A DNA stretch of 63,030 bases, counting the filler, from Klebsormidium nitens (Eukaryota; Plantae; Klebsormidiophyceae), in NCBI GenBank assembly GCA_000708835.1. It is 4 parts of 4 records of this genome, joined end to end, with 100 filler letters (N's around TTAATTAATTAA, not from the genome) between each part and the next. Parts side by side here need not be neighbours in the genome. Positions count along the whole stretch, not along the records: positions 45,225 to 63,030 come from DF237979.1; 3 more parts are not named here. One strand, written 5' to 3'. The notes beneath the pieces are model-generated. The model was not told the DNA's origin. It was given only the letters and a program-made list of their open reading frames with translations, and did not search any database. Position numbers and translations under genes: made by a program. The stretch's first letter is position 1. Each line of letters begins with the position of its first letter. Below are positions 45,226 to 58,269 of the stretch, in pieces.

Positions 45226-48045
45226 TCACACGGAGGGCTCTCTGGAGGCGGCCGGCGAGCGTAACACCGCGCCCGCGCCTCCGCCGCACACGCGCACGCG
45301 CCCGCGAACGACCGCGGCCAAGTCGCACGCACGATTCCAAAACCGACCAACGTGGACAGGTTTTGGAAACGGTGCGAGAGAGTAGAGCAGAGCCGGAGAA
45401 GGTTGCGGAGGACATAGGGATGCCAACAACGGCTGTTTTGAGGTACCCGGCGCATGAGAGACACTCGCCTGGGGAGTCATAGCGCGCCAACTTGGCGGTG
45501 GATACGGAAGCGTGGGAGCACCCCAAAGCTACGGGGGGGCACCCAGAACCGCAGGGTTATCAGGAAGCCGTGGGGGGAGAAGAGAGTGACCTCTGGCGGA
45601 AATCCATGGACGAGGAGATGCGTTCCCTGTTGGAGAGGGGGACGTGGGAGATCGTCGAAAAACCGGAAGGGGCCAAGCCGGTTCCTACGAAGTGGGTTTA
45701 CAAAATCAAGCGGGACGCTCACGGGAACGTGTAGCGGTACAAGTCCCGGCTGGTGGCCAAAGGCTACCTGCTGAAGCAGGGGATTGACTTCGACAAGGGT
45801 CTTGGCCCCGGCGAGCAAGCACACAACGTTGCGTGCGCTGTTGGCGGTGGTCGCGGAGCGCAATTTGGAGCTGCACGAGCTGCACAAAACGGCCTTTTTA
45901 AAAGGGGAGCTGAAGGAGGAGAGTTAGATGCAGCAGCCGTAAGGATACGAGCAAGGTGGGCCGGAGATGGTCTGCCGCCTCAAGCGCACCTTGTACATGT
46001 TGCGTCAGGCGCCACGTGCGTGGCACATGCATCTGAAGAAGGAGCTTGGGGACTTCGAGTTCGTGGCGTCCATGGCGGACGCAGCGCTTTTCACAGAGAT
46101 TGTAGACGGGGAGCGGGGTCTACTCTGTGGTGTGAGTGGACGACATTTTCAGCTGGACGTCAAGACGGCGTTCCTTAACGGAGAGCTGGAGGAGGAAANN
46201 NNNNNNNNNNNNNNNNNNNNNNNNNNNNNNNNNNNNNNNNNNNNNNNNNNNNNNNNNNNNNNNNNNNNNNNNNNNNNNNNNNNNNNNNNNNNNNNNNNNN
46301 NNNNNNNNNNNNNNNNNNNNNNNNNNNNNNNNNNNNNNNNNNNNNNNNNNNNNNNNNNNNNNNNNNNNNNNNNNNNNNNNNNNNNNNNNNNNNNNNNNNN
46401 NNNNNNNNNNNNNNNNNNNNNNNNNNNNNNNNNNNNNNNNNNNNNNNNNNNNNNNNNNNNNNNNNNNNNNNNNNNNNNNNNNNNNNNNNNNNNNNNNNNN
46501 NNNNNNNNNNNNNNNNNNNNNNNNNNNNNNNNNNNNNNNNNNNNNNNNNNNNNNNNNNNNNNNNNNNNNNNNNNNNNNNNNNNNNNNNNNNNNNNNNNNN
46601 NNNNNNNNNNNNNNNNNNNNNNNNNNNNNNNNNNNNNNNNNNNNNNNNNNNNNNNNNNNNNNNNNNNNNNNNNNNNNNNNNNNNNNNNNNNNNNNNNNNN
46701 NNNNNNNNNNNNNNNNNNNNNNNNNNNNNNNNNNNNNNNNNNNNNNNNNNNNNNNNNNNNNNNNNNNNNNNNNNNNNNNNNNNNNNNNNNNNNNNNNNNN
46801 NNNNNNNNNNNNNNNNNNNNNNNNNNNNNNNNNNNNNNNNNNNNNNNNNNNNNNNNNNNNNNNNNNNNNNNNNNNNNNNNNNNNNNNNNNNNNNNNNNNN
46901 NNNNNNNNNNNNNNNNNNNNNNNNNNNNNNNNNNNNNNNTCAAGCGCACCTTGTATGGATTGCGTCAGCCGCCGCGTGCGTGGCACATGCGACTGAAGGA
47001 GGAGCTCAGGAACCTCGAGTTCGTGGCGTCCATCGCAGACGCAGCGCTTTTCACGGGGATTGTAGACGGGGAGCGGGTCTACCTCGTGGTGAGGGTGGAC
47101 GACATCCTCGTGGCGCCCCATGGAGCGGAGCGGATTGGAAAGGTGAAGGCGCACTTGGCGGAGAGGTTCGACGTGCGCAAACTGGGAGAGGCGACGTACT
47201 TCCTCGGGATACAGCAGACGCGCGACAGGGAGGCGCGCACCCTGAAGCTGACGCAGAAGAAGCCGACGGGGGAGCTGGTCGGACGAGACGGACTGGCGAA
47301 CGCGCGGGCGCGTAGCGTTCGTCTTGGAACCGGGGGACAAGTTAACGAAGGAGGGGGAGCCTCTGGACACGAAGCGGTTTCCATACAGCGAATGTGTGGG
47401 AAGCTTGCTGTACCTGAGTGTGTGCGCGAGGCCCGACATCGCACAGGCGATGGGCGCGCTTGCGCGCTACACTGTGGCGGGGCCAACGGAGGCGCACCGA
47501 CGGGCGGCGCTTGGCGTTGTGCCTTACCTGGCGGGGACGGCAGAGGACGGGGTGGCCTTCAAGAGGAGCGAGGAGACTCTCGTTGGTTACTGTGACGCGG
47601 ATTACGCGGGAGACGTGGACACGAAGCGGTCCACAACGGGGTACGTCTCCCAGATGTACGGAGCTGGTCGAGCAGGCTGCAGCCAACAGTGGCGGTCTTG
47701 ACAGTGGAAGCGGAGTACATGAGCGCAGCGCAAGCGGTGAAGGAGGCGCTGTGGTTCCGCAAGCTCGGGGGAGATCTCGAGTTGGACCTCGGAACGGTCC
47801 AGATCTACTGCGACAATCAAGGGGCAATTCGGCTCCTGAAGCACCCAATCGCTTTGCAGCGGTCGAAGCACATTGACGTGATTCACCACTTTGCACGGGA
47901 GCGCGTGGCACGCAAGAAGGTCGCGTTCGCGTACTGCAGGACAGAAACATGAAGGCGGACATCATAACCAACGCGCTAGCACCGGGGAAGTTCAAGAAGT
48001 GCAAGAGGGAGATAGGCATCGCCTGGTCATTAGTGTGTGGGGGAG
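45226..48045 (+). mobile_element. Ty1/copia pol remnant (RT-RNase H) with stops, frameshifts, a gap and a duplicated RT segment
   Basis: YQEAVGGEESDLWRKSMDEEMRSLLERGTWEIVEKP...KWVYKIK...RYKSRLVAKG; QLDVKTAFLNGELEEE; RVDDILVA; GYCDADYAGDVDTKRSTTGY; RSKHIDVIHHFARE; PPT GTGTGGGGGAG ending 48045. Confidence 0.93.
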
Positions 48046-48310
48046 TGTTGAGATACGGGCATTTAAGGACCGAATCTCTGGATAATTCTAGGGTTTTAGG
48101 ATCACAACGTCGACGGTAATTCGACGCTAACTAGAAATTACAGCGTTACACCCGAATGACTTGGCAAGAACCGCAAAATTGTGTAGGTTCGATATAGCTG
48201 TCGATGTACGATGTATAGTGAAAGTTTCGGACTTACTAGGTGACGGTCCACTGAGCCTACTACTAGGCTAGAGGGTAGACCTAAAGATAGGCCGTGACTC
48301 AAAACACTCC
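48046..48310 (+). mobile_element. Copia 3' LTR (right end approximate)
   Basis: Starts TGTTGAGATACGGGC directly after the PPT; a related sequence occurs inverted at 54883-54995. Confidence 0.75.
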
Positions 48311-48329
48311 ATATACATTCTGTGCTTGA

Positions 48330-50393
48330 TTGATTGCATATCGCTTCCAACAACGCTGTGTTTCAACACACACCTTCCGCTGCAGCGGCTCCATGTCTTT
48401 CGCGGAGGCTCCCACGGCTTCCATTGCGCCGTGATCCTTGGGCTCCGTCTCCGTGTTCACCGGATGGACCTCGTCCATCTCAATGTAGTTGACCGGCTTC
48501 ACCTCCACTCGCTTCTTTCCCACTACCACTTGCGGCTTCCTTGCCGCCTCTCTGATCCGGCGCCCCATCTCGGCCGGCGCCTTAACCGCCAAGAAAGCTC
48601 TCGCCTTTTTCACCGTTGCAATCTCCCACAACCTGCCGTGTTGCACCGCCTCCATTCTCACCACGCCTTCCGTCTCAAAGCGAGCGATGCCCTTGCACCC
48701 GCGTCCGTTGCTCTCCGCATAGCAACCACGTTCGCCCTCGCTCCCGGAACGTGCCAAAACTCGTCCAAGGTTTACCGTGCGTGCACCGTTCGGCGTTTTA
48801 CACTCCCAGACGACTTTCTCGATCCCCAGCGCCGTCAAGGCTTCTCCCCCAAGCCCCTCTATGCTCTGTGTACACGCAAGCCTCTCATAGCTTACGAATT
48901 GGCTCTCCTCCGCCGTGATGTGTTGGGTGTTTCCCGAGTCAACGAGCCAGACACCCGCCGGCGCCCGCGCCTCTTTGCGCCACGCCTTAAACGCCACACT
49001 GGCAAACTCCTTCCGGTCCGGCCGGTCCTCACCGCCGCTCCTCGCACCACTTCAAGGCTTCCTACACATCAAGCTAATGTGCCCCGTCTCACCACAAGTG
49101 AAGCACTTCGCGTTCCACTTCCGGCAATAGGCCCGGATGTGCTCTTCTCACCGCAAGCGTAGCAATTTTTCGTGTTTAGGGCGTCCCTCCTTCCCCCTTC
49201 GGTGACTCCCCGCTTGCTTGACCCCTTGGCAACGATTACCCCATACCTTTCCCGCTTAGCAACAAACGCCTTTCCTGCACTTTCATCCTCGTTCTCCTCT
49301 AGAGCTTCCAACCCACTTCCAAGCTCAAGATTCAACTTTTGCTCTTTTTGCATGAGCATTGGCTGAGCGTATCCAACATCAACTGCGTGTCACTCAACTC
49401 TAGATACTTTACTAAAGTTGCAGACTCTTTTGGCAACCCATTAACCGCATGGACCGCCAACTCTACCATGGAAACAGTTTGACTCGCCGTCTCCAAATCC
49501 ATGTTGATCTCACGGAACTCACCAACGTACTCTGCGACGCTCTTTCCTTCATCAACGTCAAGTTTGTCAAGTTCTTCCTAAGTTGAACCAGACATGCGTT
49601 GCTCGTCTTCTCAAAATTCTCATGGATTTTCCTCCAAGCTTTCACCGCCGTGTCCGCTCCGGCAAACAACTTCATATATGCATCCTCCGTGTGCATAACC
49701 ATCAAGGACCTAGCTTGATCCGACACTTTCCGGCCTTCCGCGGAATCCGGACTCTCTATTGCCACGTAAGGGCTTTGAACTTCTCCTTCCATATTGACCA
49801 AATGTCCCTTCTCAAAACCGGGATGCGCGCCGTGAGCTTATCCAACCCCGCCATCTTGTTCACGGTAACGGTCTTCTAACCGCACCCTAGCTCGCTCTTT
49901 TTCCATCCTCACAATGACCGCTTCATCCTTACCTAGGGCAGCGTCGTGTGGGCCCATACCCGTTGAAATCATTCACACATGCTTGTTACAAGCTAGGGTT
50001 TAACCACCCTCATAGATAAGCGCCTTCACAAAGAATCGCCTGGCTCCCTTCAAGCATCTCTTGGAACGAATGTCCATCACATGACAATTGTCTTAAGTCC
50101 TTTTCCAATCCCGTAGCTAGGTGTACTCTAGCCTAGATCGGGTCTACCTCAACCACCCATTCGTCGGTTCACCTATATGACCTCCTTTTCATCAACCGGC
50201 TAGTGGTCGGGTGTAGTATACTACTCGAGTCGAGTCACATCTAACCATCCACAATCCGAGTCAACACGCAATCTGACGGTCGATACTCAACGAAAAAAAC
50301 CTCTAAGTCTACGGTCGATATTACACGACAACATTTCACAATTCTACGGCTCAAATCTATCGAGCCTTATTCAACAATCTGGCCGTCAATCAA
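48330..50393 (-). mobile_element. Copia 5' half: LTR, PBS, gag, zinc knuckles, protease; 3'-truncated
   Basis: LTR about 49961-50393 (homologous to 60984-61530); PBS GGTATGGGCCCA at 49949-49960; gag AVKAWRKIHENFEKTSNACLVQLRKNL; CFTCGETGHI; protease VWLVDSGNTQHIT. Confidence 0.85.
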
Positions 50394-53300
50394 GTCCGTT
50401 CGCACCGACTTGAGCCTTTTGCCAATTGCAACTCGATACAACCGGTTTAGTATCCGCTCTGTTACCTTGGCCACCTCGCTCCTATGATTTATGGGGAATA
50501 CAATTAAGAGGTTGCTTGGGACGTCGAGGAACTTGTGGCACTGAAATACTGGCTTCCCCCTATCGAGGCTACCGGCATTGGCCCGCAGACGTCCATGTGG
50601 TTTAGCTCAAGAGGCTCCGTGCTCACTGAGTCTATTCTTGGAAAGAGAGTCAACTTAGGCTTTTCCATTCAGCCTAGGGCTCACACACCAATAACTTAAG
50701 CGCCCTCAACGCATTCGGTTTCACCCCGACCCAGTCCACGAGGTCGCCCTGCACCATCTTCGCAAAGTTTTCGTAGCGTGTCCCAACCGTCGGTGCCACA
50801 ACTCCGCGGTTTCCGAGTTTTTCACAAAGAAGCACGTGCCCTGTCCGCTCGGTTGACCACGTAGATCCCTTTCACTCTCCGAGCAACATGGACTCCCTCC
50901 TCCATCAATCTCAAGCTCGCACTATTGCCGTTTCCCTTGAATAGCACCAAGGCGACTTCGGTCGCCTTGCTCACCGGAATCATATTTGCCGCCACTTCTG
51001 ACACATGCGTCCGACATAAGTTCCTTTGTCCTCAAACGTGAATTCTCGGGCACTCCCCCCAAACATCTCGAGGGTCTCAAATGGGCTCTTGTCCCCTCTT
51101 AGGTGCTGGGAGCTACCCGAATCAACGAGCCACGCGTCCGCAGCTGCCCCCTCAACCACGCTAAAGGCCACTCCTTTGGAAGGTTTCCCGCCCCTCTTTT
51201 GCTCCGGCTTATGCTCCCGCCTATCCGGTTTGCTGCACTTCCGGGCAATGTGACCAAACTCATCAAAGTTGGAGCACTTAGGCCCCTTTTCCCGGCTCTC
51301 ATCCTTGCCCCGACTTTTCTCCTTGCTCCCTTTCCGCTGAGCTACATAAGCCACAGCGGAGTCCGACCCACCACCGCCCTCATCCTTGGGCAGCTGGAAT
51401 CCTTGCTCATGCACCAAGAGCTTCGGTCACGGGGCAGTTATGGTGCTTTTCTGCCCGGTGAAAAGTCGCGGCAGGTTCCGCGCATAATGCGGACAAACCG
51501 CACGAATTTTAAATTGCCCGTGCGCCGTGGTCCCGCCTGTACTGCGCCGGAACTTTCAGTGCGGCGCGCAAAATTGCCGCGAAAATGGGGCAGATTTCGG
51601 CCGGTTTCGCTCCGGTTCCCACATTTGCAATCTCAGGGGAAGTGGTTTCGTACCGAAAACCACCTGCTTTCGGCCTTGTAACCTGTAGGCAAGTATACCC
51701 GTAGTGTTACCGAAGATAGACAAACATTGCAGGTTTCGATGAGTGCTCGTGCCAAATCAGCCGAATAACACTGCCCAGTAAGCTACGGTACCTAGTACCG
51801 ATACCGGCGTGACCTGTGTAAAGACAAGGCTAGGTAGCTAGCTAGGTAGTACCTAGTGGGTACCGTAGTTCCTGCCGTAGGTAGCCAGGTACGGTAGGTA
51901 CCTACCAGGTACTTATCCTTACATCACTACTACTAAATGTACCAGTTTCGTACATGTTTTTAGGGCCGAGTAGTCACCGCCGACCGGGGCAGCCTTTCCA
52001 GACTACAGTGAGTCACCAGCGCAGGGCAGTGGGCCTACCGTGCTGCTCGGCCGCTAGATGACCGGGCAGCACCCAGCTGACTACTAGCTAGGTAGGTACC
52101 GTATGCTAGAAACACCGCGGCCGGTAGCTACCTACCTACCTATTCTCGTGAGTACCGGGTCGATGGTACGCTAGCTGTATTTGAAAATTTGCGTACCGTT
52201 GCGAATCACCGGGCGGCCTGTCATATAGATAACTGACTTAAGGAAAGGTCCCGGGGCAGATCTTAGGTACCCACGGTACGTACAGGCTCTTTTCTCAGTT
52301 ACCTTCTGGGACCCCCCCTTCTAGCACACAAGAAAATGCCCCCACCTTCGAGTTTCATTAACGTGATGGAACCATGAGTGTCAAATGACCAACTTCCTAA
52401 GAAATTCAAGAAGAATGGTGGATCACCACCAAAGCTACTATGAGGAAGAATGGCTCCAGCTTCCTTACAAAAGCTTAAGAGAATGCTTTACAAATTTCAG
52501 CATGTGTTCTCAACATCAACATGGACCTATTGTAGAAGTTTCCCACATACATGTCTCTTAAATTTGTTGTTCTATAGCCATTTGTTAAGGCCTTTTTCAG
52601 GGCAAAAATGCATGAAATCAGCATTTTTTGGGGGCATATCATGATTTTTCCGTAGGAACTTCGTACGAAGTACCCGCAGAGTTCCTACAAATTCCCGGAA
52701 TTACGCCTGCCGAAATTTGCGATACCGTGGCAATATGCTACGGCGCGCGCCCGAATTAAATCGGTCAGCGGCAATTTCCCCGGCGCTAAAAACCACCGTA
52801 ACTGTCCCGTGGTAGAATCGCATCCACCAAGCTCATGCTGCCCTCCGAAGCCATTAGGATTGTTCTCAGGGTACTAAACGAGTCGGCAATCCCGCCAGCA
52901 CGCTCCGAGCCAGCTCATCCGGCTGCAGCTCGAAACCGGTAGCTGTCAAGTTCCCAAACAAATCCTTTGCCCTAGCCACGTACATGGTCACGGGCTCACC
53001 CACATTTCATGTATCGGGATTTTAGACTGCGGAGGTAAGCACAGAAAAGCGCGGAGGCACCGCGGTGGTACCTCGTCGGTACCTTAGTGCGACCGTGGTA
53101 CGTACAAGGTAGCACCACGAACGGTACGCGCAGTCGAATAAATTTAGCTTGTTGATACGGTACAAAACGAATTTGGGCTCCGCGATACCAGCAGGAAGAA
53201 CCTGCAAGGGTACTCAGTTGCTGCGTGATTCTGACGTGCAATTCCGTAGAAACCGGGGCTTCTTTGGAAGATATGTGGCTCTTTGCAAACGGCTCCCCGG

Positions 53301-54995
53301 AGGCTGCTTGCCATCTATCCGAGCGTCCCTACATCCTTGAGCTCACTGCTAAAACGCGCCCGGTATCTGAACATTGTACCAGCGGGCTGTACGAGTCCGC
53401 GATGGTACCTACCTTAGCCCAACCTTCGGAACTTTTAGAAAGTACGGAAGGTACCCCGGTCCGGTGACACTTACGTAGCTTGGTACTTGGGTACCGGTCC
53501 TGCAACATGGGCTGTACCTCACATGGGTGGTTTAGATACCGGCAAAAAAGGGCACCGGGTACAACTGCTTGTACAACACGCACATTGCAGATCTACGGTA
53601 CTTGCCTCTCCGAGTGCACGACAGTACATTTTCAAATTGTGATCAACGGAATCTGAGCCTCGCCGAGAAGCCTCACAACCGTCCATTTTCTTTCGGGTTT
53701 GCGAATCTACGCCTCATGTGGATGCTCCACGATCCGGGGACTCGGCCGTAGCTTGCAGAAGCCTCGGAACCTAGGTACCTATTGAATGAGCTGAGCTTCC
53801 GCTGAGCTGAACACAGCGCCTGCACAGCTGGTTTGAGCTCAATTTATCCACTAAGCATTTAAGGAGTGACCTCCTTGCAACTCTTAGCACAAAATAAGGG
53901 ACAGGGGCAAACTTCTTAAATGGCTCCTAGATTAATATCGTTTACGAAGCATGTAAAACGATTTTCTCAAGCTCAGAAAAAATCTTCAATGCAAGAGAGA
54001 ATGTCTGCTAGTTGCAACTTTTGCAAGACCCGCATGGATGGACGAGGGACCAATGGCGCAGCCATTTTTGGATCCATTGAGAACGATTTCAGGGCTTGGA
54101 AACCATGGTTGCTTGCATTCTCTCAGCTCGCTGTGCGGAACCCTAATTTTTTATGTACAGCTAGCAGAGTGCCAGTACGGTCCCACTGTACTGGCACCGT
54201 GGTACCAACATGGAGTCATCGCGATACAACTCCATGATTTTGAAGTTCCGTACGGTGATTTTCGTACCGATACCGCGGTGGTACTGCGGTGACTGTACGC
54301 TCACTATGCGGAGCTTAGGCTAGTAGAATCCGCGTACGTGACATGTGCCCGATTTCGTCTTGAGGGAATGCAACTCTTGCCTGGTCTGCATCTTTCTTGC
54401 ATTGAACTTGCTCTTGTAGGTTGTCTCAAGGAGATTCCAAGCTTCCTTTGCGGTCTTGCACGCCTCAATCGTCCCCAAATGATGGTCGTCAACGTTCAGC
54501 CCTATGATGGACAACGCTTTTGTTGATTGAGATGCGTGCTTCCTGGGCTTCGTCACTCCGTCCCATAGATCCTTGGATGTCAGCAATAACTTGNNNNNNN
54601 NNNNNNNNNNNNNNNNNNNNNNNNNNNNNNNNNNNNNNNNNNNNNNNNNNNNNNNNNNNNNNNNNNNNNNNNNNNNNNNNNNNNNNNNNNNNNNNNNNNN
54701 NNNNNNNNNNNNNNNNNNNNNNNNNNNNNNNNNNNNNNNNNNNNNNNNNNNNNNNNNNNNNNNNNNNNNNNNNNNNNNNNNNNNNNNNNNNNNNNNNNNN
54801 NNNNNNNNNNNNNNNNNNNNNNNNNNNNNNNNNNNNNNNNNNNNNNNNNNNNNNNNNNNNNNNNNNNNNNNNNNNNNNNNNNTATTTAACCGTGTAACCG
54901 TAATTTCTAGTTACTGTCGAATTAACGTCGACGTCGTGATCCTAAAAGCCTAGAAATACCCAAAGATTCGGTCCCTACATGCCCGTATATCAACA
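50394..54995 (-). mobile_element. Interrupted copia element(s): LTR, gag pieces, zinc knuckle, protease, integrase start, with nested insertions
   Basis: LTR start TGTTGATATACGGG at 54995; gag DLWDGV...ALSIIGLNVDDHHL...AKEAWNLL (54593-54345); GEPVTMYVARAKDL...VLAGLP (53005-52880); CSNFDEFGHIARKC and AWLVDSGSSQHL (51420-51040); LWHRRLGH near 50790; HMDVCGPM near 50620; KRLKSVRTD near 50400. The 53010-54340 junctions are not clean, so two related elements are possible. Confidence 0.8.
51428..52811. mobile_element. Non-autonomous DNA transposon, 1384 bp, CAC termini, 2-bp TSD (CMC / En-Spm-like)
   Basis: About 45-bp imperfect TIR CACGGGRCAGTTAYGGTG; TSD GT (51426-27, 52812-13); excision restores copia gag ...DAILPKLLVHEQG in frame. 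Confidence 0.85.
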
Positions 54996-55111
54996 GGCCG
55001 AACTTGGAGCACAAATTCAGTTTTCCCCCTCCTAGAGGCCTATTATTCAATGCTTGCGCCCCCACTTCCTAGGCGTTGTGGTGAGCCGTCGTGCGCCGTG
55101 GGCCCATAAGC

Positions 55112-55454
55112 TGTTGAAACGCGCCGATCTTGGGTATGAATGATCGTTTAATAAAGTTCACACAATGTATATAAAGTCTTCGGAGTCTAGGGGCGCTGAA
55201 GCTATGTAGTCCGTATGGTATGCTAGACTCACGCAAATAGAGACACACTTCTAGTCTACGTCTAAATCACTACCGAGAGCCTAGGCTCAGTTGACCAAGG
55301 ACAAGCAAGTTCAAAAGTTTCGCGCGGAAATTTATAAATCTATGGCTGTTATCACTATCGGTCCTTTGGGTCTAATGCTAATCAATTGGTTATTGTCGAA
55401 CTTGAGTCCACGTCACTCAAGAGGGTCCACACACAAAATGCACGAATTTCAACA
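55112..55454 (-). mobile_element. Complete 343-bp copia LTR, preceded by pol plus a PPT-like tract and followed by a PBS
   Basis: TGTTG...CAACA termini; PBS GCTTATGGGCCCA at 55099-55111 on the minus strand; RNase H end lies upstream. Confidence 0.8.
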
Positions 55455-55479
55455 CGAGCCCCACAAACGAATGAATTAT

Positions 55480-58220
55480 ACCTTTTCTACCAACCTCTTG
55501 CACCTTTTGAATTCCCTAGTGCTAACGGCTTGGTCATGATGTCCACCTTCATGTGCTCCGTCCTGCAAAGCGAACTCTACCTCGTTACGTGCCCCGCGCT
55601 TTCGTGCATAGTGATGAATCACGTCAATGTGCTTCGACCACTTTGAACTCATTGGGTGCTTTAGGAGCCGCATTGCCCCTTGGTTGCCGCAGTAGATCTG
55701 AACCGTCTCAAGGTTCAACTCAGGATCTACCTCAAGCTTGCGGAACCGCAGCGCCTCCTTTTGCTTATCGCTGCGCTTAAGTTCTCTGCCTCTATGTCAA
55801 GGCCGCCACTGGTTATTGCAGCCCGCCCGACCAGCTCATCGCCCTTTCGTACAATAGGAAGACGTACTCCGTACGGTTGTGGACCGCCTCGTGTTCACGA
55901 CACCAGCGACATCTGCGTCGCAATAACCGACGAGACTCTCTCTACTTCAATAAGGGTTATTTCGTACTCTACCGTACTCACGAAGTAGCGCACAACTTCA
56001 AGCGCCGTCGCCAGTGCTCCTTTGCTGGCCCTACCATAAAGCGCGCAAGCGCGCCCATCGCCTGTGCAATGTTGGGCTATTTATTGCACACATTCAAAGA
56101 CAACAGGCCTCCCACGCACTCACTGTAAGGAAATCGCTTTTGGGCGAGTGAAATCACCCTCTTCCGTCAATTTGTCCTCCGTTCGTGAGAAACGCTGCAC
56201 AACCAAGCGCTTGCTACTTCATACCGTTACCACTAGCTCTCCCATCAGTTTCGTTTCCGTCAGCTTTAGCGTGCGCGCCTCCCTCCTGCGCGTCAGCTTT
56301 GTGCTGAAGAAGTGGTTCGCCTTCCTCAATACCGCGCCCGTCGAACTTCTCCCTCAAATGCGCCTTCACCTCTGCAATGCGCCCCTAGTCCACCCACACC
56401 ACTAGGTAGACCCGCTTTCCGGCTTTGATGGTTCCCTTGCAGAGCTATGCATCCGCCATTGATGCCACGAATTCCAAGTTCCAAGCTCCTCCTTCAACGC
56501 ATTTGCCACGAACGTGGCGCCTGGCGCAACCCGTACTTGGTGCACTTGAGGCGGCAGACCATGTTGGGTCCTCCTTGCTCGTACTTCTATGGTTGCTGCA
56601 TGTAGATCTCCTCTTCCAGTTTCCCAATGGGACAACCGCCAATAGCGCACGCAAATTCGTGTGCTAGCTCGTCAGAACGTAGACTTCTTTAAAGTCAATC
56701 TCTTGCTCATGCAAATACCCTTTCGCCACCAGCCGGGACTTGAATCGCTCCACTTTTCCGACTGAATCTGAACTCACTTCATTGAAACTGGCTTCATCTT
56801 TTCCGGTCTTTTGTTTCCACGAGCTCCCGGGTCTCGTTCTTCAATACAAAGGGCGTCGGGGGATCGGTCCCCCCCTGACGTCAGCCGCGTACGAAGGTTT
56901 TCGATCGCGTGGCGATTCTGCCCGTGTGACATCACATTTCAATTCCGGTGTAAACCCGACCTGTGCGGCGTGCAGAAAAAGTGAAAAAGTTGTTTCGACC
57001 CAATTTCGACCCCTCGAATCTATGGAAAAGGTTGAGTGCACTTCCCACTTGTGTGCTACAATTCCCATGCGCCCAAGTTGGTTCAAATCTACCGGTCGGG
57101 CGGTATATGAAGACGCCCTCTATGAAGTCTGACCGCATCTATCGCCTATCGACTTTCGCAAGAGTTCACTCTCTTCTCCTCTTACGGCTTCCTGATGGGT
57201 CTGCGTTTTGGGTGCTCCTTCGTCCCTTTAGGATACTCCTCCGCCTTTGTTTCCACCACTAAGTTAGCGCGGTACTCCCTTGGTGTGCGTCTCTTTCCGG
57301 AGGAGAACCTTGGGGCAGCCGGTATTTGCATCCCGATATCTTGCTCGATCTTTCGGCTCTGCCCTGTCTTCGCGCACAGTTTTCACATTACCCTCATCAG
57401 GGCCCATTGTGAAAGCGCATGCGGCGGCCGCAAGTCAGGCACGCGCACGGCCGCGTTGCCTGCGCGCAAAGATTCAAAGTTGGATCCCTCCTCAAATCCC
57501 ATATGAACATGTGCGCCGCTGCCCTCCGCCATCTAGAATTGTCCTTGGGGTCGGAGCAAAGCTCGACAACCCCATCTCTCCAAATCTCCTCGTCAAAGAT
57601 GACGTCTCGAGAAATGATGAGTTTCCCCGTCGAGGTCCCGGAGCAACCTATACGCCTTCGAGTCGGGCTCGTACCCCTCGAACAAACATCGCTCACAATG
57701 TCGGGACTAGCTTACGCCTACGCTGCTTGGTGACACGTCCAAAGGCTCGCGCCTCGAAACCCTCATATGCCCGACATTCGGCTTTTTACCAAAGAACGCC
57801 TCCCCAGGGGGTTTTCCGAATGGGCGCTCACGGGCGTCCGATTCCGGGCGTTGTTGGCCGTCACTACGGCTGCGGCCACAGTTCTTTGAGCAACACCAAG
57901 TTCTCGAGCATTGCCCGGATTTCTCTTTTTTACATACCAATCGAGCCGTTTTGCCGACCCGTTCTGTCTGCACTATAAGGGGCGGTTTTGTCGTAGACCG
58001 TCCCCTTGCCCCCAAATACTTCTTCAAGAGCTTTATTGACGTACTCCCAATGCCCCGATTGGTCCGCACCGACTTCCATGAGCTTCTTTCCCCGTTGCTA
58101 CTCCAACCGATTAAGGGTCCGCTCCGTCACCTATAAATTGTCTTACAGGTCCACGCCTCCTTTGCGGTTTGGGACGCCTCAAGCGACCCCAAATGGCGGT
58201 ACTCGACGTTCAGCCCGATG
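55480..58220 (-). mobile_element. Degenerate copia pol (integrase-RT-RNase H)
   Basis: EYVNKALEEVFGGKGTVYDKTAPYS; STGKLIISRDVIFDEE; HQEAVRGEESELLRKS; ERFKSRLVAKGYLHEQEID; VQIYCGNQGAMRLLKHPMSSKWSKHIDVIHH. Confidence 0.88.
56845..57125. mobile_element. About 280-bp insertion interrupting the copia RT, possibly a Tc1/mariner-type MITE
   Basis: RT text MRS.../LKNETRELVE is split by non-coding DNA with imperfect termini TACAAAGGGCGTC...GACGCCCTCTA. Confidence 0.45.
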
Positions 58221-58269
58221 ATGACAAAGCATTCTTTGATCGAGCTCAGTGCGTTACGGGATCCTCAAC

